Source: Stellaceae bacterium
GTDB taxonomy: Bacteria > Pseudomonadota > Alphaproteobacteria > ATCC43930 > CGMCC-115725
Assembly: GCA_035632055.1 (NCBI GenBank)
Contig: DASQHO010000062.1
Span: forward strand, 1,515 to 65,514
Reading direction: 5' to 3'
DNA: 64,000 nt
Part shown: piece after piece, positions 9,932-19,399 of the stretch
Layout: the number at the start of each line of letters is the position of its first letter
Position numbering within the stretch: the stretch's first letter is position 1
Notes under the pieces: model-generated
Databases searched by the model: none
The model's input: only the letters and a program-made list of their open reading frames with translations
Told to the model about the DNA's origin: nothing
Program-made: the position numbers and the translations under genes

Positions 9932-10804
9932 TCACGCGTATTGCCGGATGATATTCTTGACCGCCGCGCCGAGCTCCGGCCGCGCCAAGGCAAAGGCGAG
10001 ATTGGCCTCAAGGAAGCCAACCTTATCACCGCAGTCGAAGCGCCGGCCGATAAACCGCAGGCCGTGGAACGGCTGCTTGCCGGCGATCAGCTGTGCCAGC
10101 GCGTCAGTGAGTTGAATCTCGCCACCGGCCCCCTTGCCGATGCGGCCGAGTGCGTCGAACACTTCGGGTTGGAGGATGTAGCGGCCGATGATGCAAAGAC
10201 GCGACGGCGCCTTGGCAGGGTCGGGTTTCTCAACAACGCCGCGTGCCACGACCAGTCGGCCGTCATCCTTCTCGACATCGAGGATACCGTAGCGGCTGGT
10301 TTGCTCGTGCGGCACTTCCATCGCGGCAACCATGTTGCCGCCGACCTTGGCTTGCGCCTCAACCATTTGCTTGAGGCACGCCTCTTCCGCCAGGATGAGG
10401 TCGTCGGCCAAGAGCACTGCGAAAGGTTCGTCGCCGACCAGCGCGCGCGCGCACCAAACGGCATGGCCGAGACCGAGCGGATGCTGCTGCCGCGTATACG
10501 CGATCTGTCCCGGCTCCGGCATCCACGATTTGACCTCGGCGATCTGAGCCTTCTTGCCGCGCGCCTGCAGCGTGCTTTCAAGTTCGTAGGAATGGTCGAA
10601 GTGATCCTCGATCGCGCTCTTCGAGCGGCCGGTGACGAAGATGAATTCTTCGATTCCCGCCGCGCGCGCCTCCTCGACCGCATACTGAATCAAGGGCTTG
10701 TCGACGACCGGCAGCATTTCTTTGGGCATAGCTTTGGTGGCCGGAAGGAATCGGGTGCCGAGGCCACCGACTGGAAACACTGCCTTGCGAACGCGCTGCA
10801 CCAT
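9932..10804 (-). CDS. galU: UTP--glucose-1-phosphate uridylyltransferase
   Basis: N-terminal motif AVFPVGGLGTRFLPATKAMPKEMLPVVDKPLIQY; 290 aa. Confidence 0.92.
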   Translation of the reverse strand: MVQRVRKAVFPVGGLGTRFLPATKAMPKEMLPVVDKPLIQYAVEEARAAGIEEFIFVTGRSKSAIEDHFDHSYELESTLQARGKKAQIAEVKSWMPEPGQIAYTRQQHPLGLGHAVWCARALVGDEPFAVLLADDLILAEEACLKQMVEAQAKVGGNMVAAMEVPHEQTSRYGILDVEKDDGRLVVARGVVEKPDPAKAPSRLCIIGRYILQPEVFDALGRIGKGAGGEIQLTDALAQLIAGKQPFHGLRFIGRRFDCGDKVGFLEANLAFALARPELGAAVKNIIRQYA

Positions 10805-10915
10805 GCTCCAGCCTCACCTCAATCGCGTTGCGCCGCTTTTATACTGCTTTCCGGAGCTAATCCAGTCGGAGATCGTGGCCAATTTGGGCCTGGCTGTGAC
10901 GATTCGGCGCGCAAT

Positions 10916-11623
10916 TTAGGTGCCGAGCAAGATGTCTTTCGCACGGTTGAGCTTGGCCGCGAGATAATTCGAGCCACCTTGGTCGGGATGCACTTTCTTC
11001 ATCAGGCGATGGTGCGCTTCACGGATTTGCGCCTCGCTGGCACCAGAAGCGAGATCGAGGACGGCATAGGCTTCGTCTCGCGTCATCTGATCGCTGGACG
11101 CGCCCTGCCGCGCGCTTGCCGCGGCTTTCTGCCGCCAATCGGGAACTGCGCGATCGAGATACGCTTCGAGCAGCCTCGTGCCATCGACATCGGCGATGCG
11201 GCACTGCTGCCAGAGATCGAGCAGCTCGCTTTCGCTCAGGCGTTCGAGACGGCGCCCGGCATAAGGGCCGCGCTTCACTGTGCCGCTCATCTCGCCGCTG
11301 GCGTGATCGAGAGTCATCGCGATCATGTCGGATTCGACTTGCGACGTGCGTGACGGTCTGCTGCCGGTCGGCGATGCCTGACTGCGCCACCGGCGCCAGA
11401 GCTGAACAGCGAGCGGCGAAAACGTTCCGGCCGCGATCAGAAGTGGCACCAGCCGCTCGCTCAACAACAGCAAAACTAGGGCTGCGCCGGCGCCGAAGAC
11501 GGCGATCGCTCCAAAAAACCAAGTGAGAAACCGGCTGAGCCGCGCCGGATCGGCGGCCACGAACAGGCGCGCCAACAAGAACAGAACGGCGAGGATGCCG
11601 AAGCCGGCGATCAGATAGATCAT
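10916..11623 (-). CDS. Membrane-anchored J-domain (DnaJ-like) protein
   Basis: Starts at MIYLIAGFGIL. It has two or three N-terminal TM helices and a C-terminal J domain with HPD (KKVHPDQGG). Its ATG overlaps the stop of the upstream VWA gene (ATGA). Confidence 0.75.
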   Translation of the reverse strand: MIYLIAGFGILAVLFLLARLFVAADPARLSRFLTWFFGAIAVFGAGAALVLLLLSERLVPLLIAAGTFSPLAVQLWRRWRSQASPTGSRPSRTSQVESDMIAMTLDHASGEMSGTVKRGPYAGRRLERLSESELLDLWQQCRIADVDGTRLLEAYLDRAVPDWRQKAAASARQGASSDQMTRDEAYAVLDLASGASEAQIREAHHRLMKKVHPDQGGSNYLAAKLNRAKDILLGT

Positions 11624-12345
11624 GAATTGCCGATCTGGCGCGCCAACAGCAGGGCGCTTCCGCCGGCTTTGCGGCCATAATCGGCTAACGCTTTGTGGCC
11701 GCCAGCGGCATAAGCCGCAACGGCGCCCAGCAATGTCTTGAGCTCGGTAGCGCTCGAAGAATCGAAGGGGCAATAAGCGCCGCGCGACAGACGAGCAGTT
11801 TCACGAAACACACGCGCCGCGACGAGATCGTTGCCCTCATGAAAAATAAATACCGGTACCTGCAGGAGAGCAAGTTCACCGGCCAACTTGGCCAAGGTGT
11901 CGGCGTTCTCTTCCATCGCATCGCCGACGAATACCAGTGCGTCGAGGCGTTCGTCGCGCGCCGCCGTAATCGCATGACGTAATACGCGCTCGATCTGGGT
12001 CTCGCCTGCGACGCAAGTGACCGCCCGCATGGCATCGTGCAATTCGGTCGCCGATCGTAGCCAACGGCTGGCCTTGCATTCGGCATACCCGCGGTAATAG
12101 ACGAGCTGAATTTCGATGCCGCCGAGGCCAGAAGCCGCCTCGAACATCTCGCCCTGGATATGGCAGGCTCGATCCCAAGTCGGCTCGCGGCTCGCCGTCG
12201 CGTCCATGGCGAACACCAGCCGACCTTTGGCCAAGGCTGGACGCACGCGCACCGGCAGGCTGGCGACCTGTTCGAGAAACGCGCTGACTTCAGCCGATTG
12301 GCGGTTCGTCGGCACCGGCCGCTGATTTTCGCGATCGTTGCCCAT
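11620..12345 (-). CDS. von Willebrand factor A (VWA) domain protein
   Basis: 241 aa with the MIDAS-like motif DATAS in LVFAMDATASREP and a Rossmann-like alternation of strands and helices. Confidence 0.65.
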   Translation of the reverse strand: MGNDRENQRPVPTNRQSAEVSAFLEQVASLPVRVRPALAKGRLVFAMDATASREPTWDRACHIQGEMFEAASGLGGIEIQLVYYRGYAECKASRWLRSATELHDAMRAVTCVAGETQIERVLRHAITAARDERLDALVFVGDAMEENADTLAKLAGELALLQVPVFIFHEGNDLVAARVFRETARLSRGAYCPFDSSSATELKTLLGAVAAYAAGGHKALADYGRKAGGSALLLARQIGNS

Positions 12346-12378
12346 GGCGATTATATGGAACCGGCCAGGCGCCGAAGT

Positions 12379-13458
12379 CTAGGGCACAACCAGGTGGACT
12401 TCCGCCGCAGCGATCAGCGCCATTACCGCCGTGCCAGGCACTAGGCCGAGAGCTGGCACATCGCGGGTCATCAAGCTCGCGATCAGCCGGAAGCCGCAAT
12501 CGAGCGCGACCTTGGTCAACGCCCCTTGCGGCTCGAGCGCCACCACTGTCCCGACGAGGCGATTTTCCACCGCGTCGGCCAGCACGTCGTTGGGCCTCGC
12601 GAGGCGAACATTTTCAGCCCGCAGCGCGATGTAGACCTCGCCGGTCGCCGGCGCTGCGCCGGTAGCCTCGACCCGCAGAATCGTGCCGGCAATTCGGACG
12701 CGCAACCGCCGCCCCTCGCCGCCTTCGATCCGTCCAGCCAGCTGATTTTCGAACCCGAGAATGTCTGCAGCAATGCGACTGACGGGACGATGGAAGACAT
12801 CGTCGACAGCGCCGCTTTGAATGATCCGGCCGGCGTGCATCAAGGCGAGATGATTGCCCAATGCCGCGACGTCAACATAGTCGTGCGTCACGAACAACGC
12901 CGGCAGCCGTAACTCGCGCAGAAAGCGCGCGAGTTCGAAACGCAGCTGGCCGCGCGCTGGCGCATCGAGCGCGGCAAACGGCTCATCCAACAGGAAAAGG
13001 TCGGGGTGGCTGGCCTCGGCACGCGCCAGGGCTGCCCGTTGCTTTTCGCCCGGACTGAGCACCACCGGACTGGCATCTACCAAATGTGCGATGCCGAAGC
13101 GTGCCAACAGCGCCGCGACGTCAACTCGATCCGGTTCCATCGCGGACCGGCGATGGCTGCGCGCGCCGAGGGCAACGTTCTGGGCGACGCTCAGATGCGG
13201 AAACAGGCCGAAATTCTGCACTACGAACCCGACCCGACGTTTTTCGGGCGGCAGCGCCGTGACGTCGCGGTCGCCAATGGCGATACGGCCGCGCGCCAGC
13301 CGATGGAATCCGGCGATAGTCTCGAGCAGAACGGATTTCCCGGCGCCGTTCGGCCCGAGCACGACCATCACATCGTTCGCCGGCAACGTGAACGAGAGAT
13401 CTTCGAGGGTGAAGGTGCCGAGCCTAAGTGAAAGGCCGGCAACGACGAGCGCAGTCAT
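12379..13458 (-). CDS. ABC transporter ATP-binding protein with a C-terminal TOBE-like domain (molybdate/tungstate/sulfate type)
   Basis: Walker A GPNGAGKS, signature LSPGEKQRAA, Walker B LFLLDEP, and a roughly 120-aa C-terminal beta-rich extension. Confidence 0.8.
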   Translation of the reverse strand: MTALVVAGLSLRLGTFTLEDLSFTLPANDVMVVLGPNGAGKSVLLETIAGFHRLARGRIAIGDRDVTALPPEKRRVGFVVQNFGLFPHLSVAQNVALGARSHRRSAMEPDRVDVAALLARFGIAHLVDASPVVLSPGEKQRAALARAEASHPDLFLLDEPFAALDAPARGQLRFELARFLRELRLPALFVTHDYVDVAALGNHLALMHAGRIIQSGAVDDVFHRPVSRIAADILGFENQLAGRIEGGEGRRLRVRIAGTILRVEATGAAPATGEVYIALRAENVRLARPNDVLADAVENRLVGTVVALEPQGALTKVALDCGFRLIASLMTRDVPALGLVPGTAVMALIAAAEVHLVVP

Positions 13459-14291
13459 CGTCCGCCGCCGGCAATCGGCCTGCGACCGTAAGCGACGTGG
13501 CGGAATAGGATGAAGAGCACCAGCGAGATAACCAACAGCAAAGTAGCGGCAGCCGATGCCTCCTCTATGCCGTAGCGCAGGAACATCTCGTAGATCTGCA
13601 CCGGCGCGGTCATCGGGTAGTAGACCAGGATCACCACGGCGCCAAATTCACTGATCGCGCGTGCAAAGGTCAGCGTAAGCCCGGTGGCAATGCCGCGCCA
13701 AGCCAGCGGCACGGTGATGCGCGCGAGCACGCGCCATGGTCCCATGCCCAAAGTGCGCGCCACCATCTCAAGCCGCGGATCAACGCCTTCGAAGGCGATG
13801 CGCGCCGCGTTCACGGTATAGGGCAGCGACACGAACAACATGGCGACGACGATGCCGGCAAGCGTGCCCCAGAATCGCAAGCCGAGGAAGTCTTCGGCCG
13901 GACCGCCGATCACGCCATGCCGGCCGAAAACCATGAGCAGCGCAATGCCCGCCACCGTATGCGGGACGGTTAGCGGCACGTCGACCACCGCCGCCACTGC
14001 GCTCTTACCAACGAACTCTGCACGCGCGAGGAAATAAGCGAACGGCACGCCGAAGAACGCAGCAACCAGCGCCGTTAGTCCAGCCGCCACGACGCTCAGC
14101 GTCAAGGCGTTACGGACATTGGCCTCGCGCGCGACCTGCAGCAACGTCCCCGCCGTCTGCACGGCGAACAGCTGCAGCAGTGGCAGCAGGATGAAGGTCA
14201 GCAGCATGCCGCCACACAGCCAGGCGGCGAGCACTACCAGCGGCGAGCCGATGCTCTCCGGACCGCGCCACATCCGCGGCGCGGCGATCAT
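13455..14291 (-). CDS. ABC transporter permease (ModB/CysT-like)
   Basis: 278 aa, 6 TM helices, EAA-loop region FARAISEFGA. It overlaps the ATPase start by 4 nt. Confidence 0.8.
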   Translation of the reverse strand: MIAAPRMWRGPESIGSPLVVLAAWLCGGMLLTFILLPLLQLFAVQTAGTLLQVAREANVRNALTLSVVAAGLTALVAAFFGVPFAYFLARAEFVGKSAVAAVVDVPLTVPHTVAGIALLMVFGRHGVIGGPAEDFLGLRFWGTLAGIVVAMLFVSLPYTVNAARIAFEGVDPRLEMVARTLGMGPWRVLARITVPLAWRGIATGLTLTFARAISEFGAVVILVYYPMTAPVQIYEMFLRYGIEEASAAATLLLVISLVLFILFRHVAYGRRPIAGGGR

Positions 14292-14307
14292 GCGAACGCC
14301 GCTCTGA

Positions 14308-15279
14308 TCAGGAGGCGGGCCACGGCTTGACGAGCTGCTGCAGAGCCGGCGGCATCTTCCCCAGATTCACTGCATAGGCCGGGCTGAAGGTGCCAAAGCC
14401 GTCGTTGCTCATCACCTTGCGGCCTTCCGGCCCTAGCAGGAATGCGACGAACTTCTCGGCGGCGGTTTTCTTCGTACTGTTGGCGACGATGGTGATCGCA
14501 TAGACGATCGGCTTGCCGGCGAGATCACCGTTCTTCGTGTGCGCGACGCCTTCGGTATAATATGACGCGTAGGTGGGATCGCTCAGATTGATCTTGGCCG
14601 GCAGGTTGAGCAGCTTGAGATGGTGCTGCAATGCATCCGAGCGGTAGATCGCGAGATAGTCAATCTGTCCCAACTGCAACGCGGAAATCAGCGAGGTTTC
14701 CGTGTCCCGGACGTTGGCGAGCGGCGCGTTGGCGAGAATTTTAGCGGCGAGGCCCGGCGATGAATAGTATTTCTCTGCTAAGTTCAGCATCTGCATCGTC
14801 TGATAGCCGGACGGATCGGTATCCGGATTGGACCGGCCGATCTCGACGCCTTTGCGCGCCAGCACCGAATACCAATTGTTTGCGGTAATCGCGTTAGAGA
14901 ATTTGCTCTTGTCGGTATAGACGAAGGTTATGGCATTGCGGACGAAGCCGACATACCAGTCGGCGTAGCCGGTCTTGCCGTTACCGCCGAAGAGGTATTT
15001 CGGGATGACGTTGTAATCGGCGACCGCCAGGATATCAGCATCCTGATGCAGGTCGGTGATTTGCCGCGCCATCTTGACGCTGCCGCCGAATTGCGGCTGC
15101 ACCGCGACGTCCGGGAACTTCTTCTCGAACAACTGATCGACCTGTTTGAACGGCACGGCGAGCGTGCCTGCGGCAAAGACGCTGAGCGTTGTCGTTTCGG
15201 CGGCTTGCGCGCGTGCGCCGCCCAAGGTCATTGCGGCCGCGACAGCCAATAGCAAAATCGGCGCAATCAGTCGTTTCAT
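14308..15279 (-). CDS. Periplasmic substrate-binding protein, WtpA/ModA-like (molybdate/tungstate class)
   Basis: Starts at MKRLIAPILLL (signal peptide) with a GAGGAAA Shine-Dalgarno sequence. The motif GRSNPDTDPSGY is typical of WtpA-type binding proteins. Confidence 0.7.
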   Translation of the reverse strand: MKRLIAPILLLAVAAAMTLGGARAQAAETTTLSVFAAGTLAVPFKQVDQLFEKKFPDVAVQPQFGGSVKMARQITDLHQDADILAVADYNVIPKYLFGGNGKTGYADWYVGFVRNAITFVYTDKSKFSNAITANNWYSVLARKGVEIGRSNPDTDPSGYQTMQMLNLAEKYYSSPGLAAKILANAPLANVRDTETSLISALQLGQIDYLAIYRSDALQHHLKLLNLPAKINLSDPTYASYYTEGVAHTKNGDLAGKPIVYAITIVANSTKKTAAEKFVAFLLGPEGRKVMSNDGFGTFSPAYAVNLGKMPPALQQLVKPWPAS

Positions 15280-15496
15280 CGATTTCCTCGTGAGACTGGA
15301 AAAGAGTGCGGTTCCCGCCAAGTTGCGAGCCCGACGGACTATGCATCAAACGCAGAAAATGGTGAAACCTGTAACGAATGCATAATAATGCGCTTATTCG
15401 CCGCGGCGCCAGCCGCTCGACGCTGGCGTGGACACATTGCCGGAAAGCCGCATTCGCCCTAAACAGGCGAACCCTCATTGTCGCAGCTGAATATCC

Positions 15497-16117
15497 GTGA
15501 ACGCCGACCTCGCCCACACCGTCCACCAATACATCCGCGACTACGGTTATCTCGCCGTCTTCGTCGGTATCTTTCTCGAAGATTTCGGTCTGCCGGTTCC
15601 AGGCGAAACGCTACTGGTGACGGCGGCAGCAGTTGCTGCAAAAGAGGGTTTGAACATTTGGATGATTGCCGGCTTTGCCTGGGTCGGTGCGGTGCTCGGC
15701 GACAATATCGGATTCCTGATCGGTCACAGCGGCGGCCACGCTCTTCTTATCCGTCATGGGAGCCGCATCGGCATCACCGCCGAGCGGCTCGCCAAAGTGG
15801 AGCGTTTCGTCGAGCGTTATGGTGCGCCAGTGATCGTCGTCGCCCGCTTCGTCGTGATCGCGCGGCAACTCAATGGCATCGCCGCCGGCAGTCTCGGCAT
15901 GCATTGGCTGAAATTTCTGACGTTCAATTGCATCGGCGCGGCGCTTTGGGTGGGATTCTGGAGCACGCTCGCTTATTGGCTGGGCAAGCAAATATTTGCT
16001 CTGACCGCTGCGATACACAACATCACGCCGCTGGTGATCGGCGCCGCCATTGCCGCTACCGTTGTTATTGTTGCCTATGTCTGGTGGCATGCGCGACATC
16101 AAGCCGGCGACACCTGA
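15497..16117 (+). CDS. DedA family inner-membrane protein
   Basis: GTG start. It carries the signature YGYLAVFVGIFLEDFGLPVPGETLL and the later RFVVIARQ region. Confidence 0.8.
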   Translation: MNADLAHTVHQYIRDYGYLAVFVGIFLEDFGLPVPGETLLVTAAAVAAKEGLNIWMIAGFAWVGAVLGDNIGFLIGHSGGHALLIRHGSRIGITAERLAKVERFVERYGAPVIVVARFVVIARQLNGIAAGSLGMHWLKFLTFNCIGAALWVGFWSTLAYWLGKQIFALTAAIHNITPLVIGAAIAATVVIVAYVWWHARHQAGDT

Positions 16118-16137
16118 ACGTCGGCGTCGCCAATCAC

Positions 16138-17805
16138 TCAATGCTTTCTCATCGCGGCGGCGCGCAGATCGTTGATCGTGGTTCGCGTCGTGATCGCCTC
16201 GGGATCGACCTTAAGATCGAGCACCGTCGGCTTGCCAGCCGACACGGCGCGTGCGAAGGCAGCGGCAAAATCTTCGGTGCGCTCGATGGTCTCACCATGC
16301 GCGCCGTAGGCCCTGGCGAGCGCAGCAAAATCTGGATTCACCAGGTCGGTGCCATAGGTGCGACCGGGATAATGGGTTTCCTGGTGCATGCGGATGGTGC
16401 CATACATGCCGTTGTTGACGATCAAGGTCACGATTGGCAGGTGATAGCGCACCGCAGTCGCAAGCTCCTGGCCGGTCATCAGAAAATCTCCGTCGCCACT
16501 GAAACACACGACTTTCCGATCAGGATGTACGAGTTTGGCGGCAACCGCCGCCGGAAATCCGTAGCCCATTGAGCCGCTCGCGGGCGCAAGCTGCGTGCCG
16601 AAAGCGCGATACTGATGGTGACGATGGACCCAGCCGGCGAAGTTACCGGCACCGTTGCACCAGATCGAATTCGGCGGCAGATGGTCATCGAGCCAGCGCA
16701 CGATCGGCCCGAGCTGCACTGCGCCCGGTAATTTCGACGGCTCGATAAACGCCAGATAGTCGCGGTGCGCTGCTTCGGTCTCGGCTATCCAACGCGGTTT
16801 GCCCGCCGGCTTGAGCACCGCCACCAATGGCGCAAGGGTCCGCGGACTGGCGTTGATCGCCAACGCCGGCTGATAGACGCGGCCAAGCTCATTCGGATCG
16901 GGATGGACGTGCACCAGCTTTTGGCGCGGATGAGGCACGGTGATTAGACTGTAGCCGGCGGTCGTCGCCTCGCCGAGGCGGCTGCCGATCGCAATCAGCA
17001 CATCGGCGTCGCGTACACGCGCCACGAGCCGCGGATTCGCAGCGATGCCCAGATCGCCGGCAAAGCATACATGGCTGTTATCGAACCGGTCCTGCCGACG
17101 AAATCCTGTACACACCGGCAGCGCGAAGGTCTCTGCGAAGGTCTCGATCTGTTTGACCGCCGTCGCATCCCATTGGCTACCGCCGAGTAGCAGCACCGGC
17201 CGCACCGCTTTCGCAAGAATTGCGGCCAGTGCCGCGAGCTGTTGTGGCGACGGATGCGGTTCGACCCGGCTGTACGGTTCCGCGTCCGGAACGTCAACTG
17301 TGTCCTCAAGCATGTCTTCGGGCAAGGCGAGCGCGACCGGCCCCGGCCGGCCGGCTGTCGCAACATGAAACGCGTGGCTGACATATTCGGGAATGCGCCG
17401 TGGATCGGCGATCTCCTCGACGTATTTCACCATACCACCGAGGAATTGCTTGTAATCGAGCTCCTGCAGCGCTTCGCGGCCGCGCGCGGCGCGCGCGACT
17501 TGGCCGATGAGCACGATCATCGGCGTTGAATCCTGCATCGCGACATGGATGCCAGACGTGGCGTTGGTGGTGCCGGGTCCGCGTGTGACCAAGCAGATGC
17601 CCGGTCGGCCGGTCAGCTTGCCGTAGGCGTCGGCCATCATCGCCGCACCGCCTTCCTGGCGACAGACGATCAGGCGGATTGATTTGGCGTCATGCAATGC
17701 ATCGAGGAGCGCGAGATAACTTTCGCCCGGCACACTGAAGGCAATGTCGACGCCATGAATCTTGAGTTGATCGACGAGGATTTGCGCGGCGCGGCGGGAG
17801 GTCAC
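16138..17805 (-). CDS. Thiamine pyrophosphate-binding enzyme (acetolactate synthase large-subunit-like)
   Basis: 555 aa with the TPP motif GDGDFLMTGQELATAVRYHLPIVTLIVNNGMYG. Confidence 0.8.
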   Translation of the reverse strand: MTSRRAAQILVDQLKIHGVDIAFSVPGESYLALLDALHDAKSIRLIVCRQEGGAAMMADAYGKLTGRPGICLVTRGPGTTNATSGIHVAMQDSTPMIVLIGQVARAARGREALQELDYKQFLGGMVKYVEEIADPRRIPEYVSHAFHVATAGRPGPVALALPEDMLEDTVDVPDAEPYSRVEPHPSPQQLAALAAILAKAVRPVLLLGGSQWDATAVKQIETFAETFALPVCTGFRRQDRFDNSHVCFAGDLGIAANPRLVARVRDADVLIAIGSRLGEATTAGYSLITVPHPRQKLVHVHPDPNELGRVYQPALAINASPRTLAPLVAVLKPAGKPRWIAETEAAHRDYLAFIEPSKLPGAVQLGPIVRWLDDHLPPNSIWCNGAGNFAGWVHRHHQYRAFGTQLAPASGSMGYGFPAAVAAKLVHPDRKVVCFSGDGDFLMTGQELATAVRYHLPIVTLIVNNGMYGTIRMHQETHYPGRTYGTDLVNPDFAALARAYGAHGETIERTEDFAAAFARAVSAGKPTVLDLKVDPEAITTRTTINDLRAAAMRKH

Positions 17806-17881
17806 GCGGGGCTCCGAGTTCGGCAGCAGCCCTAAGACCTATTGGGTTTCCCGTGTCGCGGCAACCGCCAAAGCGATGACG

Positions 17882-18718
17882 TCATTCTGCCGGTTTAAGC
17901 GGAGCCAGTCGCTCCGGATCGCGGCTGCTGAGACGCATCAACGTGCCGATGACGATAATCGTGCCGAGGTAGAACACGAGCTGAATGCCGAGCGGGTGCG
18001 AGACATAGCCAACCAATGCGTGTAGCGACTTGCCGAGCACGCTCTCGTCGCTCAGCAGAAACGAGCTGTCCCACAGCACACCGCCAACCGGCGGCAACAA
18101 GCCAACCTGATTCAAGAATGCCGCGCCTTGCGAGGCCATACCGGCGGCGAGCAGCAGGATTAACCAGCTCGTCACCGTGAAGAGATGTCGCATCGGAATC
18201 CGCAACAGGCCCCAATAGAGGCCGACACCGACCGCCACTCCGCATGCCAAGCCGAGCACACCGCCGCCAAACTGCGCGAGCGCGCTGGTGCCTGCAGCGG
18301 CGGCGATACCGTACACGAACAGCACAACTTCCGAGCCTTCGCGCAAAACTGCCAGCCCGACCACGAGACCAAGAGCATAAAGTGGTCGCGCGCCGCTGCG
18401 GACGGCGCTCCCGACCTGCGATGCTGACGCCGCCAATTCACGGCCGTGGCGCCGCATCCACACATTGTGCCAGCCGAGCATGCCGACAGCAGTGAACAGG
18501 ATGGCGGCGTCGAATAGCTCCTGCCCCATGCCGGCAACGGCGGCAGCGATCTCGCCGGTAAATGCCGCGACCAGCGCCGCGCCCGCTACGCCAGCGCCGA
18601 TCCCAACTGCGACGGTGCGGCCGCGGCGCGGAACGCCGGCGGTGCCGGCCAAGACGATGCTGACGATGAGCGCGGCCTCAAGGACCTCGCGAAACACGAT
18701 CACGGCGACGGCAAGCAT
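17882..18718 (-). CDS. FTR1/EfeU-family iron permease
   Basis: 7 predicted TM helices and two REXXE motifs (REVLEA, REGSEV). Confidence 0.75.
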   Translation of the reverse strand: MLAVAVIVFREVLEAALIVSIVLAGTAGVPRRGRTVAVGIGAGVAGAALVAAFTGEIAAAVAGMGQELFDAAILFTAVGMLGWHNVWMRRHGRELAASASQVGSAVRSGARPLYALGLVVGLAVLREGSEVVLFVYGIAAAAGTSALAQFGGGVLGLACGVAVGVGLYWGLLRIPMRHLFTVTSWLILLLAAGMASQGAAFLNQVGLLPPVGGVLWDSSFLLSDESVLGKSLHALVGYVSHPLGIQLVFYLGTIIVIGTLMRLSSRDPERLAPLKPAE

Positions 18719-18744
18719 CGAAGCCCGACCCTACTAAATGCAAA

Positions 18745-18759
18745 TGCGAAGCGTTCGCA
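18745..18759. promoter_or_regulatory. Perfect palindrome TGCGAA-GCG-TTCGCA 27 nt upstream of the FTR1 start; candidate metal-regulator operator
   Basis: 6-3-6 inverted repeat embedded in AT-richer sequence (AAATGCAAATGCGAAGCGTTCGCAATAT). Confidence 0.35.
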
Positions 18760-18967
18760 ATATAGCCACCCGAACCTTGTAACGCAAGGCGGGCCAGACT
18801 GCTTGCCCTGGCCTCCGTCAACCGCAGGGCATTATGCCGCAGGGCACCGGTAAGCACCTGGTAGGACTAGGCCGACATAGTCCGGCGTCCAAAAATAAGG
18901 ACTGACACGGGCCCAAAATATGCGAGGATTTGGCTGTCCAAATTTTGAGATTCGTGGAGTTCGAAGG

Positions 18968-19387
18968 ATGACCGACCGTGTGCGTCCCACACCGATGACT
19001 GAGGCCGACGAAGTGCTGGCAGCGAACCTTGAGTTCTATAGCGCCTTCGGCCGCGGTGATTATGCCGATATGGACGCGATCTGGGCGCGCCGCGCCAGCG
19101 TCGTCTGCCTGCATCCCGGCTGGACCGTCCTCGAAGGCCGCGAGGCCGTGATGGAAAGCTGGCGGCACGTACTCGGCGATCCTGATTTCCGTATCATGTG
19201 TCACGACGAGCGCGTGCATCTTTATGGCGAAGTCGCCATCGTGTTGTGCGAGGAAGAGCTTTCCGGCGGTCTTCTGGCGGCGACCAACGTCTTCATCCGT
19301 GAAGACGGCGCCTGGCGCATGATCCACCACCAGTCGAGCGCCATCATTCCAACCTTCCGCACGCGCACGGCGGCGCAGATGCACTGA
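18968..19387 (+). CDS. NTF2-like (SnoaL/DUF4440-type) small protein
   Basis: 139 aa from the ATG preceded by GAAGG. It carries the pattern ANLEFYSAFGRGDYADMDAIWA...VCLHPGW. Confidence 0.5.
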   Translation: MTDRVRPTPMTEADEVLAANLEFYSAFGRGDYADMDAIWARRASVVCLHPGWTVLEGREAVMESWRHVLGDPDFRIMCHDERVHLYGEVAIVLCEEELSGGLLAATNVFIREDGAWRMIHHQSSAIIPTFRTRTAAQMH

Positions 19388-19399
19388 CGAGCCGCGTGC

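Noticed and set aside
9773-11353. 526-aa plus-strand ORF spanning the antisense of the phosphomannomutase start, galU and the J-domain gene
   Set aside because: It crosses two real genes and an intergenic region on the opposite strand. It is a GC-rich antisense artefact.
15280-15496. Looked for a Moco riboswitch or a ModE-type box upstream of the WtpA-like transporter operon
   Set aside because: Only short A/T-rich repeats are present (AATGC-N5-AATGC, two ATGCAT). I could not recognise the conserved Moco-motif helices or a TATAT-N7-TAYAT-type box. A covariance-model search would be needed to be sure.
15478-16572. 364-aa ORF overlapping dedA in another frame and running antisense into the TPP enzyme gene
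   Set aside because: The translation is Arg-rich, whereas the DedA frame and the TPP-enzyme frame both carry diagnostic motifs.
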